Translations under genes and position numbers: made by a program
NCBI GenBank assembly: GCA_009914755.4
Contig: CP068257.2
Coordinates: 9,344,001 to 9,408,000, forward strand
Length of the DNA: 64,000 nucleotides
From: the human T2T-CHM13v2.0 reference genome, Homo sapiens
Direction: 5' to 3'
The notes under the pieces: model-generated
Told to the model about the DNA's origin: nothing
The model's database searches: none
Seen by the model: the letters and a program-made list of their open reading frames with translations, nothing else
In this document: positions 15,953-27,330 of the stretch, piece by piece
Position numbering within the stretch: position 1 is the first letter of the stretch
How the letters are laid out: every line of letters begins with the position of its first letter

Positions 15953-16237
15953 TAGGCAGGTGCTGTGGCTCACACCTGTAATCCCAATACTTTGGGAGGC
16001 TGAGGAGGGCAGATCACAAGGTCAGGAGCTCAAGACTAGCCTGTCCAACATGATGAAACCCCGTCTCTACTAAAAATACAAAAAAAAAAATCAGCTGGGC
16101 GTGGTGGCGGGTGCCTGTAGTGCTAGCTACTTGGGAGGCTGAGGCAGGAGAATTGCTTCAACCTGGGAGGCAGAGGTTGCAGTGAGAGGAGATTGCACCA
16201 CTGCACTCCCATCTTGGCGACAGAGCAAGACTCCTGG

Positions 16238-16246
<9 letters not shown>
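15953..16246 (+). mobile_element. Alu SINE, plus orientation, followed by (TA)n
   Basis: ctaggcaggtgctgtggctcacacctgtaatcccaatactttgggaggctgagg...gtctctactaaaaatacaaaaaaaaaaatcagctgggcgtggtggcgggtgcctgtagtgctagctacttgggaggctgaggcagg...ctcctggaaaaaaaaa. Confidence 0.92.

Positions 16247-16294
<48 letters not shown>
16247..16294. repeat. (TA)n microsatellite (~24 repeats) at Alu tail, followed by short (CA)n
   Basis: Uninterrupted tatatata... from 16247 to 16294, then cacacacatatatacatg. Confidence 0.95.
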
Positions 16295-16304
<10 letters not shown>

Positions 16305-19300
16305 TACATGACTTCCCCTCTCCCACATCTCCTGGCTTTCAGCGTCTTCTTTTTATTTCTGGTTTGAGCAATTTGGTTTTCACATGTCTTGGTGTCGTTT
16401 TCTTCTTGGTTCTTGTGCTTGGGGCTAAACTTCTGGGATCTGTGGGTTTAATACTTCTGCTTTTTCCATCTTTGAGGATTTTAATTCCATGTATATTGGA
16501 CTACTTGGAGTAGTCTCACATTCTGTGATTAGCCCCACTAATGCTCTCAGTTTTTTTAACTATTATTTTTTCTATGTTACATTATGGAGTTTTTATTGCC
16601 ACACTTCCAAATTTACAATTTTTTTCCTGCAATGTCTAATCTGCTGTAATTTCCACTTTGTGTATTTTTTGACCTCAGGAAACTGTAGTTTTCTTCCCTA
16701 AAAGTTCAGTTTGGGCCTTTTTAATCTCTCATGCCTCTACTTAACCTTTTGAAGATGTGGGATATAGCAATAATTGCTTTGTAAATGTTCGTTTTTGACC
16801 ATTCTGGCATCTGTGTCAGCTCTGCTGTTGGCTTGCACTGTGTGGCCCCTGCAGACTTCAGGCTGGTTTCCTTTGTGCCCTTTCTCACAAAGCTCATGCA
16901 TGGATTTCCAGCAGGTGTGTGAGTAAAACCCAAATCAGAGGTAATTCTGATTAGCTCTGGAATCCTGTTAATGGATAAACCTGTGTCCGTATCAAATGGA
17001 GGGAGAGAAAATTATTTGTGCCTTCAGGGTCATCTCCTGGTGTTACTGAAAAATACTTCCAGAGAGTCTATGGGCCACTGTGAACCGCTGTAGCTACGTC
17101 CACCCAACTCCACCATCATCAACTAGATAGTGAATCATTCTGTTCTTTTCCATGATACAAAATGCCTGATATGACCTGAGTTTTAGACATCGTCCCAACC
17201 TCCACGCATTTAGAATAATAGGTACAATATGTCTGTTAGTGCATGAATAAATTCATATAAAATTGTGACTTTGCATTCAGGAAGAGTATTCATGGCGAAT
17301 ATTTAGTGCATGCCATCTGATACAGAGACACTAAGTTCCTCCAATATGTTTGCAATGCTTTGGGGGCAAGGATTATATCTTTATTCCCTTCTTTAGTTCA
17401 GTGGTTGGCAATAACATAGGTACAAAGCAAAAATGCGTTAGTGCATTATGGCCACACCGAGCAGCGTATTCACACTGGTAATGTTTATTGAAAGAAACAT
17501 TAAATATCACACCTCGATATTATTAAGGAAACTAACTGGATACACTGTTTACAAGGCTCGATGAAAATGTGAGGTACCTTGTTCAAAAATTATTAAGAAT
17601 TCTAAGACTTTGAAGTAGAGCATAAAACCAAGTGCCTGTCTCTGCAGCCACACTGATCGTGTAGCCGTGGAGCTGGTCTTGCCCAGAAATAATAGTTTAC
17701 AACAAGCTACTGTACAGTTCAGAATAGTTAGAAGATAATCATTCAGGTGTTTCTAGCATAAGAAACAGACAAATATTTAAGGTGTTGGATACTCAATTAC
17801 ATTAGTTTCATTTTTACAAATTATATGAATGCATTAAATTATCACATGTACTACCAAAATATGTACATCCATTATGTATCAGTAGAAAATTAAAATTTTT
17901 ATTAATGGAGAAAAAAATGAAGTCCCTGATTAAAAGTGCTAGAAATGAGAATTTAGACCTTAAAAACAGCTAAAAATTTAAAAGGAAAGTTTTGGCAACA
18001 AGCCAACCTCAGAAAGTATGAGACCCAAATTCAAAGAATGAACTATGCAAATTTCTGGCTCACAGCAAAATTGCACATGTGCAAGGGAGATCTATGAAGC
18101 CTAGTGAAAAAGCAGAAAGAAAAAATAATTAAAAACTGTAGAAAGTAAAACCCAATTTCAAGTACAAAAACAAAACAAAACAAAACAATACCTCACAGAT
18201 TTCTAAGTTGCTGAAGACAATGTAATATTTCCTCCCAAGACCAAGAAGAAGTTGATTTGAAAAGAGCAATTACTATACAGACTAGTGTTATATACCATTG
18301 GTCTAGTTAGATTTGCTGCGCTTAATGTTACTATTACGTAAAGTTAGTAGTTAGGGTCTCGGACTTTTAAAATAAAAAAAATGTAGGTACTATGATGGCA
18401 AATATTGGGGTTCATATTGCAGAACAGTTGAAGTCATATTTCACTGTTGATTGAATATGCCATGGATATGTGAGCATCTTGAGTTGGTTGCACGACTTTT
18501 ATACTTCCATTCTGAATGCAAAAAATTAAAGCTTTATGCTTAAATTAAATAATGTGGCTAAGATTGTTAACACGAGCATATAAAACTCAGCTCCTTGAAA
18601 TAGCCCACCTAAAAAGATGCTTGCTTTGGGGGAGCTGAATAATTTTCTGGGGACACATCTTTTCTTTGTTTGATTTGTTTGGTTCAAAAAAAAAGCATTC
18701 ATATTATGGCTTGATATGCCATAAAATTTTGATTTAAAATCTCAAAAAGCCAGAGAAAGACTATCTACAAAACTGTCAAGATGCATTTTGGATTGTCTCC
18801 CTACTTCCATTTTCTTCAAAAGATTTAAATGCAATTTGGATTATAAAAATCGCATTAAGATAGAAAGACTGTGGGATGCATTTCACCTGGGGTGCTTGTT
18901 AAAAAACGCAATTTCTGGGATTTCATTCCAGATCTACTCAATGAGACTCTGCAGGTGTGCCCCTAGAATCTGCATTTTTTATGCTTTCCAGATGTTTCTT
19001 ATGCATAGTCAAGTTTGCAAACCACTGCTCTCGAGTTTTAATTGACATTAAGTAGAACTTTTAATGGATGCACCCCTAATTTCTGAATTATTAATGATTA
19101 ATAGAATCTGCTTTTACTATACACTCACTAAAATACATAGCTGCTTGGGCTGAAATATACAGATGTGTTGCCTTGCTGAAAAGGGAAGGAAAATCAAAGC
19201 TCAGACTGAGTCATGTTTGAAGTTTAGCCATGAAATTTGATGGCTTTTAGCTGAATTAAATGGCAGGCAAAATGTGTGTCTGTTCTCCACCTCTCTCCTC

Positions 19301-20276
19301 TAACAGCGTTTCCCTGTCTTGAGCTAATCCTTATGCAGGGATGTCTTATCACTGCTCACTGAATATCTATAGAAAGACACGAGTTACAAAGTCAAGAGCT
19401 GCAGACTTCTCTAGGTTTCTCCTCGGAACAGTCAGTGACACAGAGCTGTGTCAGGCAGAGCCTGCTGCTGATTTAATTTGATCTTTCTAGGGAGGATTAA
19501 GAATATTGTCCTCAACCCAGTTAGAATGTTGCTGCTAAGTTTCAATGTGTCAGAGGCTTTTTCATTTTCCCAGAGCCAGTGCTGGCTGGCGTGGCGAGTG
19601 ACAACATTGCAGCATTTGCAAAGTGACTACGTCGTAGCATTTGCATTATCTTCCTTGGTGTGCATATCTTTCAACCATGTCAGGGAAGCGGTTGGAAGGA
19701 AAAATCACAGAGCACATAAGAAGGACTTCTGGGCCTGCTCCGGAGGCTTGCAGAGGACATGCCCGAAGGGGTGCATGAAGCCTTCTGTCCCATACCTGTC
19801 CCTTGCCTCGATGGGATTCTGTACACCACAGGTTTCTGTCACCACTTTGCCTTGAAATTGGAGGCCTCAGTTATGAATTTTATAACAACATCCTCAAATA
19901 AGGCCTCACTTTGCAGTGGGTGCCTAACTTAAGGATGATTTTTAAATGACTGTGTCATGTTTGTAAAGACACTTTGTACTTATCGAAGTGCTTGCATATA
20001 TACCATCTCATTTAATGCTTGCCAAGATTCTGTTAGGTATGCGAGGCAGGTACTGTTATCTTCACTTTATGAATGAGGAAAAGGCACACAGAAGCTAATA
20101 ACAAGTGAAGTCAACACTGGGTCTGAAATTTGTAAACTCTGATATAAAAAAGAAATCGTATCTCTGGAAAGAAAACTGTTGCAAACTATACACCTGCTTT
20201 CCAAAACATGTGTGGCTCTTCAGTAGCTATTTTGCTGCCTTCTACCTACTCCGGTGTGCTGTTGGCTATGTCCAGT

Positions 20277-20391
20277 GCTGAGGACTGGGGAGGAGGCTTT
20301 TCTTCCCGCTTTAGGATCATGGTGATGTCCTTGCTGAGGACTGGGGAGGAGGCTTTTCCTCCCACTTTAGGATCATGGTGATGTCCTTCCA
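20277..20391. repeat. 57-bp direct tandem duplication (2 copies)
   Basis: gctgaggactggggaggaggcttttcttcccgctttaggatcatggtgatgtcctt immediately repeated with 3 substitutions. Confidence 0.9.
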
Positions 20392-21957
20392 GAATTTGAA
20401 CTGTGCTTTGGTCCTGAGCATGTCCTGGGGTGCAACATTCATTGTTCTCATTTGTTAGAGAATACAAGATCAGAATTTAAATAGTCACTGTTTTCCAAGA
20501 TGCAAAGTGATACGCTCTTGGTGTTTTAAAATCCTATCTGTTGATCTGATTGGCTGGTATTCCAGTCTTCCCTGTTTATTGCTCTGTGACTGGTGGGATT
20601 TGCCAATAGGTCCAAGTACTTTCTCTTTCCAGAAGCATACCATAATATTGGTGTAGGATTTGTGGCCGGAACTTACTGGGCATCACCCCAGTTACTGTCC
20701 TAATACCTCATATTGTGTCAGAAGCTGACAATAGGAGTTGAAAATGCCATAATATGAATCTGTTCTCATAGTGAAGATCGTAATGAGAACGGGAAAAGCT
20801 GCAGACCGAACCAGTTCTCATTATGTTCTGAAGCCACATTTCCTCCCCACAACATGAATTGTATGGTCCAGGCTCTTTAATCAAGAAATGTTCCATTTGA
20901 AAGCATTCCTCATCCCACAGAAAACACAAATTTCACTTTGGAGCACATATCTAGTAGGAGAATTTGTTTTCTCATTCAATTAACCAGATTGAAAATGTAA
21001 GAACACTATTATGGAAGCTTCAATGTCAATGTGTGTGTGTATGATGATTGTTGCTAATTAAAAATAAGCTGATTTAGGACATTTGAAGCAAAGAAGCACT
21101 CACATTCCCTTATCTCAGCATTTAAACAGTGCCTGGACTCTGTGCCCTCTGCCCACATTATCTGGCTGTGCGTGGCATAGCTTCTGGCTGCAATAGTGGG
21201 AAAGAATTTAGCAGATGTTCAAAAACAAATACATTGTTAGCTTATATTGTTGTTGTTGTTAAGGCTGCTTCACGTATTTTAAATTTTTCTTTTCCTTCTG
21301 GGAGAGGAGTTACTACTATTAACAATTCTGCACATTGCTTGAGGCAATGATAAACCATATTACCCTATTTATTTTACTCTCATTGCTATTTGAGAAAATG
21401 GTGGGCCATATATGCTTGTAGATTAGCTGGTGTCTTTTTGAAGCTACTGGCAAGGCTATGTTTAAAGTTTCAATTCTAATAAAAATGTGTTTAAAGCAAC
21501 CAATGGCACCGTACAGGGAATGGCAGAGGAAAGGTCATTCTGTGTGTCCTGCAGCCTCAGAAGTGGGATCTTCCCCACACTTTTCTGTGAAGACAATGCA
21601 ATTCAGAGCAGAGACATCTTCAAAGCTGCTTTGCACATGATGGTAATGAAGGATTGCAATGTGAGATCACTGGGATTCCCAATACCACAAACACTGGTGT
21701 TATGAAAGGATGCTTAGTCCCAGCATGCCTAAGAAAACTAAATCTGATTCCTAGTCTTGGAAATCCCATCTCATGCATGATGCCATGTTTCCAAAACTGG
21801 AACATTTCTACTGACTTATTTCCATGACTTCCTTTGCTCCAGCCACTGAACACTCACTCCCGGTGTGTCCTTACTAAAATGTTAGTTAATGTGTTATCTG
21901 TTCATGATAGTGCAGCTGTCTGCATAACTTCTGTGTATTTGTTTATTTATTTAATTT

Positions 21958-22245
21958 ATTTTTTTGAGATGGATTCTTGCTCTGTTGTCCAGGCTGAAGT
22001 GAATTGGCGCGATCTCGGCTCACTGCAACCTCCACCTCCTGGGTTCAAACGATTCTCATGTCAGCCTCCCGAGTAGCTGGGATTACAGGCACACACCACC
22101 ATGCCCAGCTATTTTTTGTATTTTTAGTAGAGACAGGGTTTCACCGTGTTGGCCAGGCTGGTCTTGAGCTCCTGACCTCAAGTGATCTGCCTGCCTCTGC
22201 CTCCCAATGTGCTGGGATTACATGGGTGAGCTGCCACTCCTGGCC
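21958..22245 (-). mobile_element. Alu SINE, minus orientation, with intact 15-bp target-site duplication
   Basis: tttttgagatggattcttgctctgttgtccaggctgaagtgaattggcgcgatctcggctcactgcaacctccacctcctgggttcaaacgattc...gtgctgggattacatgggtgagctgccactcctggcc. TSD aacttctgtgtattt at 21926-21940 and again at 22246-22260. Confidence 0.92.
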
Positions 22246-22424
22246 AACTTCTGTGTATTTATTGAGGGAGGTGATTTGGGTGGGGATGGTGGAAGGATTG
22301 GGGCATGTGAAAGAGAAGGAGTCCTGGTTTGTAAGTTAGATCATGTGAGGGATAGGGATAGGGAGTGGAGCACAGGGTGAATGAGACCACACACGTGTAA
22401 GAGGGAATGATGAGCAGGCAGGAA

Positions 22425-22887
22425 GAGAGGGTTGGTGTAGGAAAGGGTTGGTGCAGGAAAGGGGTGGTGTAGGAAAGGGTGGTATAGGAAAGGGGTGGTG
22501 TAGGAAAGGGTGGTGTAGGAAAGGGGTGGTGTAGGAAAGGGGTGGTGTAGGAAAGGGTGGTGTAGGGAAGGGTTGGTGTAGGGAAGGGGTGGTGTAGGAA
22601 AGGGGTGGTGTAGGAAAGGGATGTTGTAGGAAAGGGTGTTGCAGGAAAGTGTTGGTGTAGGCAAGGGTTGGTGTAGGAAAGGTGTGGTGTAGGGAAGGGG
22701 TGATATAGGAAAAGTTTGGTGTAGGAAAGGCTTGGTGTAGGAAAGGCTTGGTGTAGGAAAGATTTGGTGTAGGAAAGGGGTGTTGTAGGAAAGGGTTGAT
22801 GTAGGAAAGATTTGGTGTACGAAGGGATTGGTGTAGGAAAGGGGTTGTGTAGGAAAGTGTTGGTGTAGGAAAGGGGTGGTGTAGGGT
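22425..22887. repeat. Minisatellite, ~16-bp unit (GGTGTAGGAAAGGGKT), ~29 copies with variants
   Basis: ggttggtgtaggaaagggttggtgcaggaaaggggtggtgtaggaaagggtggtataggaaagg... continues to ...gtgtaggaaaggggtggtgtagggtgctgac. This generates the periodic P/T/F-rich artefact ORFs 22259..22989 on the minus strand. Confidence 0.9.
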
Positions 22888-24844
22888 GCTGACATTTGCA
22901 TAAATTGCACTGGGGTAGGAGTGGATGATGATGGAAAGTTGGAAGAATGTGATATTTTGGTGGAAATAACAACTTAGAAACTGAGTCATCTTTTAGCTAC
23001 AGAGAAGGGTATTCCCTTCACCATATAGTGAGCGGTTGCTGTATCCATGGCTCTTGACAAAGATGTTCACTTTGTGCCTTTTCCTGCATTATTGGCATCT
23101 GGAGTTCTAACAGCCAAGAGAGACAGAGGTCATAGTGGAATCAATATTTCTATTACAGATAAGAAAATCCCAGAAGGAGGGCCTACATAGATTAACCTGT
23201 ACACAACCAAACTAAGATTTAAGAATTTTTCTGAAGATAATCCTGGGATTATGTCTCACATTTCATTTTAAGCTTCTTTCTTCATTTCCCTTTGCTTTAT
23301 ATTTCTCTCTCCTATTTTATTCCTCCTTGAAATAAAATGGGACAATAATGTGTTTTAAATGTAGAATCAAGGAGTAACAAGAAATCATCATTTCAACTGC
23401 TATCATGTCCAGTGAAATTAAATGCTTGGATAATTACTTTGTTAATTACTAACAACTCCAAAATTCTGATTCTCAATCCACAGTCTATTGAATCATATAA
23501 ATGGCTTGCTTTTATTGAATGGAAAAAGACAAAGAAGAAAAAGAGTGTCCAGTAGAGAGGAGGAGAAAGCACTACAGGGAACACTAGGGTCCCCATGATA
23601 AGTTCACTTTATTCCACTCCATAGTTCCTGTTAATTAGGAGCTTCCAATCATTGCAGCAACATGGGTTCCTACACTTCAATCCAACCCCTCCTCTTCTAC
23701 TATCCCTAACTTTGACTAGTATGAGATGAATACTTGAGCTCAGCAACTTCCCATGGCTTTCGAATCTCAGGAGTTGTTCTTACTCTTTTTGATATAACAA
23801 CCCTCAATTAATGTTTGGTATTCTTATGCAACCAGTGGGAAAACAAGTATGCATCTGGAAAGCTTAGAAAATATAGAGATAGTCATATACCTAGGCTTGT
23901 TTTTATTTTAATTGAGTAATTTGCAAAGGTATCTTCTATATTAATAAATGCACATTCAATTCAAACAGATTGATATTGAATTAATAGGAAGTAATAAATT
24001 GGTTTATTTATGCTAGTGGAATTAAAAAATCTTGCTACTCTATACATTCAATTTCTAGTCCCTACTTTGAAAAGAGCATTTTCTTCCTTTTGAAATATAT
24101 TTGAGCATAGTAACTTTCAAGGTCCTAAGTTTATTGGCATAATTTAATGGAAAAATGTATGCTCTAAAGCATTCATTTTTTTCCCCAAGCTTTGTGGTTT
24201 TCAATTTCTCATCTACTGGATGGCTTTTAGTTTACATGGCAGAACAGAATCTTCTCAACTTTTTGATTCCCCTGATAAAATATTCAATAGAGAATTAAGC
24301 CAAAATTTGCTTCACCCAAGGACATGATCTCATCCTTATTCTTGTCTTCATGCCTATTGAAATACAGCTATTCTTATATGTATTTAGCTAAGTGATAGGC
24401 TTAAGCATCAGTTATCTTTTTTGGCTAATTTGTTTCAAAAGTAATTGAGCCCATGTACACATGAAATAATATGTAAAACAGTAAAGATCCCTGTACACAA
24501 CAGTATTGAAGCCACTGTAATATTTCAAGACTAAATTAGACACTCTCTTCCTAGCCCCCTTTCACTCCTCCACCCTCCACCACATAGGACACTTTCTGGA
24601 AAAGAAGTCCAGGCAAAGAGACGTTAGTTTAATTGTTGCTAACGTCATATAAAAATGATCACCAACTTGGAATTTCTGAATTCACATGAAAGGGTGATAC
24701 TGAGTTTAAACGTAAAGTTTCATATCCCATTGGTGTCAAAATTGGTGGATAGAAAGAGTACAGGATTGTAAAGCAATTTCAGAGCAAGCTTCTAATGGCA
24801 ACTTTAGTCCACAGTTTGGATCCTGTGCCCACCTGACATCTATT

Positions 24845-25090
<246 letters not shown>

Positions 25091-26519
25091 TGAAATCTAT
25101 TCTTAGCTGTAGGTGGGGACCAGGACCAGAATCTTCAGAGCAGGCCCTAGAAAGCTGGGAAGTCAGGGGATTCCACTACAGGTTTCTCTATTCTGTCGGC
25201 ATTTTAAGTGGTTCTGTTTAGATCTAGGCACATTAGAGCTACCCCTCAAACAGACGACGACTCTTAAGAGCCCCGGAATTTCTTTATTACCCAGGGAGTC
25301 ACTGGGGACTGGCAGTAGGTGCCAGGTTTGGCGATGGCGTTTTGTGAATCACTGAGCTCATCTCAGGGCAGAGCAGCTTCCTAATGTGACTGTCATCTCC
25401 TCTTCCTTTCCCTCCAACACCAGCCACACTTCACCACACTGGCCAGGTGTTTACCAACCTACCCCTTCGTACAAAGTTCAACCTGACATTGTTTGGTAGT
25501 CAATGATATAAAGCTTGTTGTCTAAGTCAGCATCTGCAGTTTTACCGACTGATAGAAAGGTACAAGATAGAATATGATTCGGGACAGGAGTCATCAACGT
25601 GTTGCCTTTCTGTTGCATGGAATGAACGTTTTGAAGTTGGAAGTGTCCTGAAATTTCAGGACTTCATCTTAAAGATGAAAAAAAGATGAGGTGTCATGCA
25701 CAGCTATTTTGTGGCAGCATTTGAATTCAACCCCAAGTCAAGTTATGATATCTCCTGTGTCAGAGGAAAGTACTTTTGATAATCCTAGAAATATCAAGAC
25801 TCCAGTGGCAGTGAATATTTGATTTCCACTTTGAAATGTAGATCACATTAGCAGGATATTCCCTAAAGGAGCTTTATACACAGTTGGTCCTCCCTCTGTC
25901 AACCTCATCTCCGACTCAAGTGGATCGAGTTCAAAACAGCCACACTTGTTCCAGAAGCCAATTTTGTTTGGGCCATAATATAGAGATGGTCCCATCCAGC
26001 CTTTAAGCATGCTAAGCACAGGTAGCTGTTTGTTACAATAGTTGAAAGGAGAAAGCCATAAAAACAAAGTCTCCCACTATTTCATCCAATTTAAAATTGC
26101 GGAAGGTGACAGAAAATATAACTGAAAGCTTTCCCTAACCTCTCTTTAAAGAAGTCCTAGAAAAAAAAAAGAAAGCATTTATTTCCTTGATGATTTCTAA
26201 GTAATAACTAAATATGGATGCAATTTTGAACCGTGTATGGATGTTCCCAGTATAATGTTCCTCTTTTGGAGACATCGCATCATATTTATTTATCTCACTC
26301 CCTGTCCTTTCCCCCATTAAAGTGGACCTGTGCATAGTTGATGCTTGTACCAAGATACACACCTTCTTCCTGTTTCCAGGACGGTACGATGGGAGGCAGG
26401 AGTGAGTGTCCGGAAAGAGGGAAGAAAAAAAAAAAACAAATCTCATCATTGTTTATTTGTCTACTGCTTTTGGCTCTGCTGAGATGTGAAGTCATTCTCA
26501 TTTCATTGTGTTCGGAAGT

Positions 26520-27330
26520 ATAGCCTGCGACTTGTTGAAAGCTTAGCGCTAGACCTGCCTCTCAGAGACTTGCTCCCTCTGGAAATGCCCAGCTGAGGAT
26601 GCGCGTGGTGCGTGTTGAAGAACACTGCCTTAGAGGTGGACACTTGGGGACAGGTGCGCTGCGGCCGGACTCGTGGACAGTTGCGCTGCGGCTGGAGCTG
26701 GCCCCGCATTTCTTCACTTTCTGAATCGTAATGCCCTCAGTGAGTTGCAATTTCATATTGCTACATTTGTTTTTACTGGTGTTAAATTCCGGCAGTTAAA
26801 TCTTTCAAGGGTTACTAAAAAATGCGAATATTTGTGTATTTACATGTCTAAGGAGAAGACCCTTTGGCAATCCAGGAGGAGACAAGGACTCAGGCTTTTT
26901 CTTCCAGTTAACTGTGGAGGACACGCCGTTGCTGCTGTGGCTGCTGAAGGAGGAGAAATCTCCTTGTTCTCCCGTCTTCCTGCTCTCCAGTCCCCTGTCT
27001 GGGCTTCCCATTTGCTGAACACAGCCAGATGCCAGCCGAGCTCAGGAAGCGTAGTTTGCAGGGGGTGTATCCAGAGACACAGCTCGGAGCAAGGGAAGCG
27101 AGAGGAAGAGATCCAACCTTAGGACAAAGGGCCAAGAACTTGGAGAGGACTTGGCCTAGGAGACAATCTAGGGCAAGCACGTTATCCAGGGTGACTGGGC
27201 AGGCAGAGAAACCCCAAGAGGCATAGAGCTCATGTCCGTCCAAAGTAGGAGAGTCTGGGCTCTGCTCTCGGAGTCGGAGCTGGGGGCCTTCAGGGTACTT
27301 CCTATGGAGACAGCCTAGTTTATCAGAAAA
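26520..27330. promoter_or_regulatory. Moderately CpG-rich patch ~5 kb upstream of the array. Possible CpG island or promoter of an unannotated transcript
   Basis: Local cluster of CpGs in otherwise AT-rich flank: cgacttg, gcgctag, gatgcgcgtggtgcgtg, gtgcgctgcggccggactcgtgg, ttgcgctgcggctgg, cacgccgttg, ctcggagtcggagc. Includes a short direct repeat of gtgcgctgcggc. No motif-level promoter evidence. Confidence 0.25.

Noticed and set aside
17700-18300. Possible LINE/L1 fragment (A-rich, aaacaaaacaaaacaa, ORF-like stretches)
   Set aside because: I could not match any diagnostic L1 3'-UTR or ORF2 signature by eye. Left unannotated
22259-22989. Three overlapping 189-237 aa minus-strand ORFs with periodic PFPTPPLSYTTPFLHQ motif
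   Set aside because: Translation of the 16-bp minisatellite in three frames. Periodicity equals the repeat unit. No start or stop context
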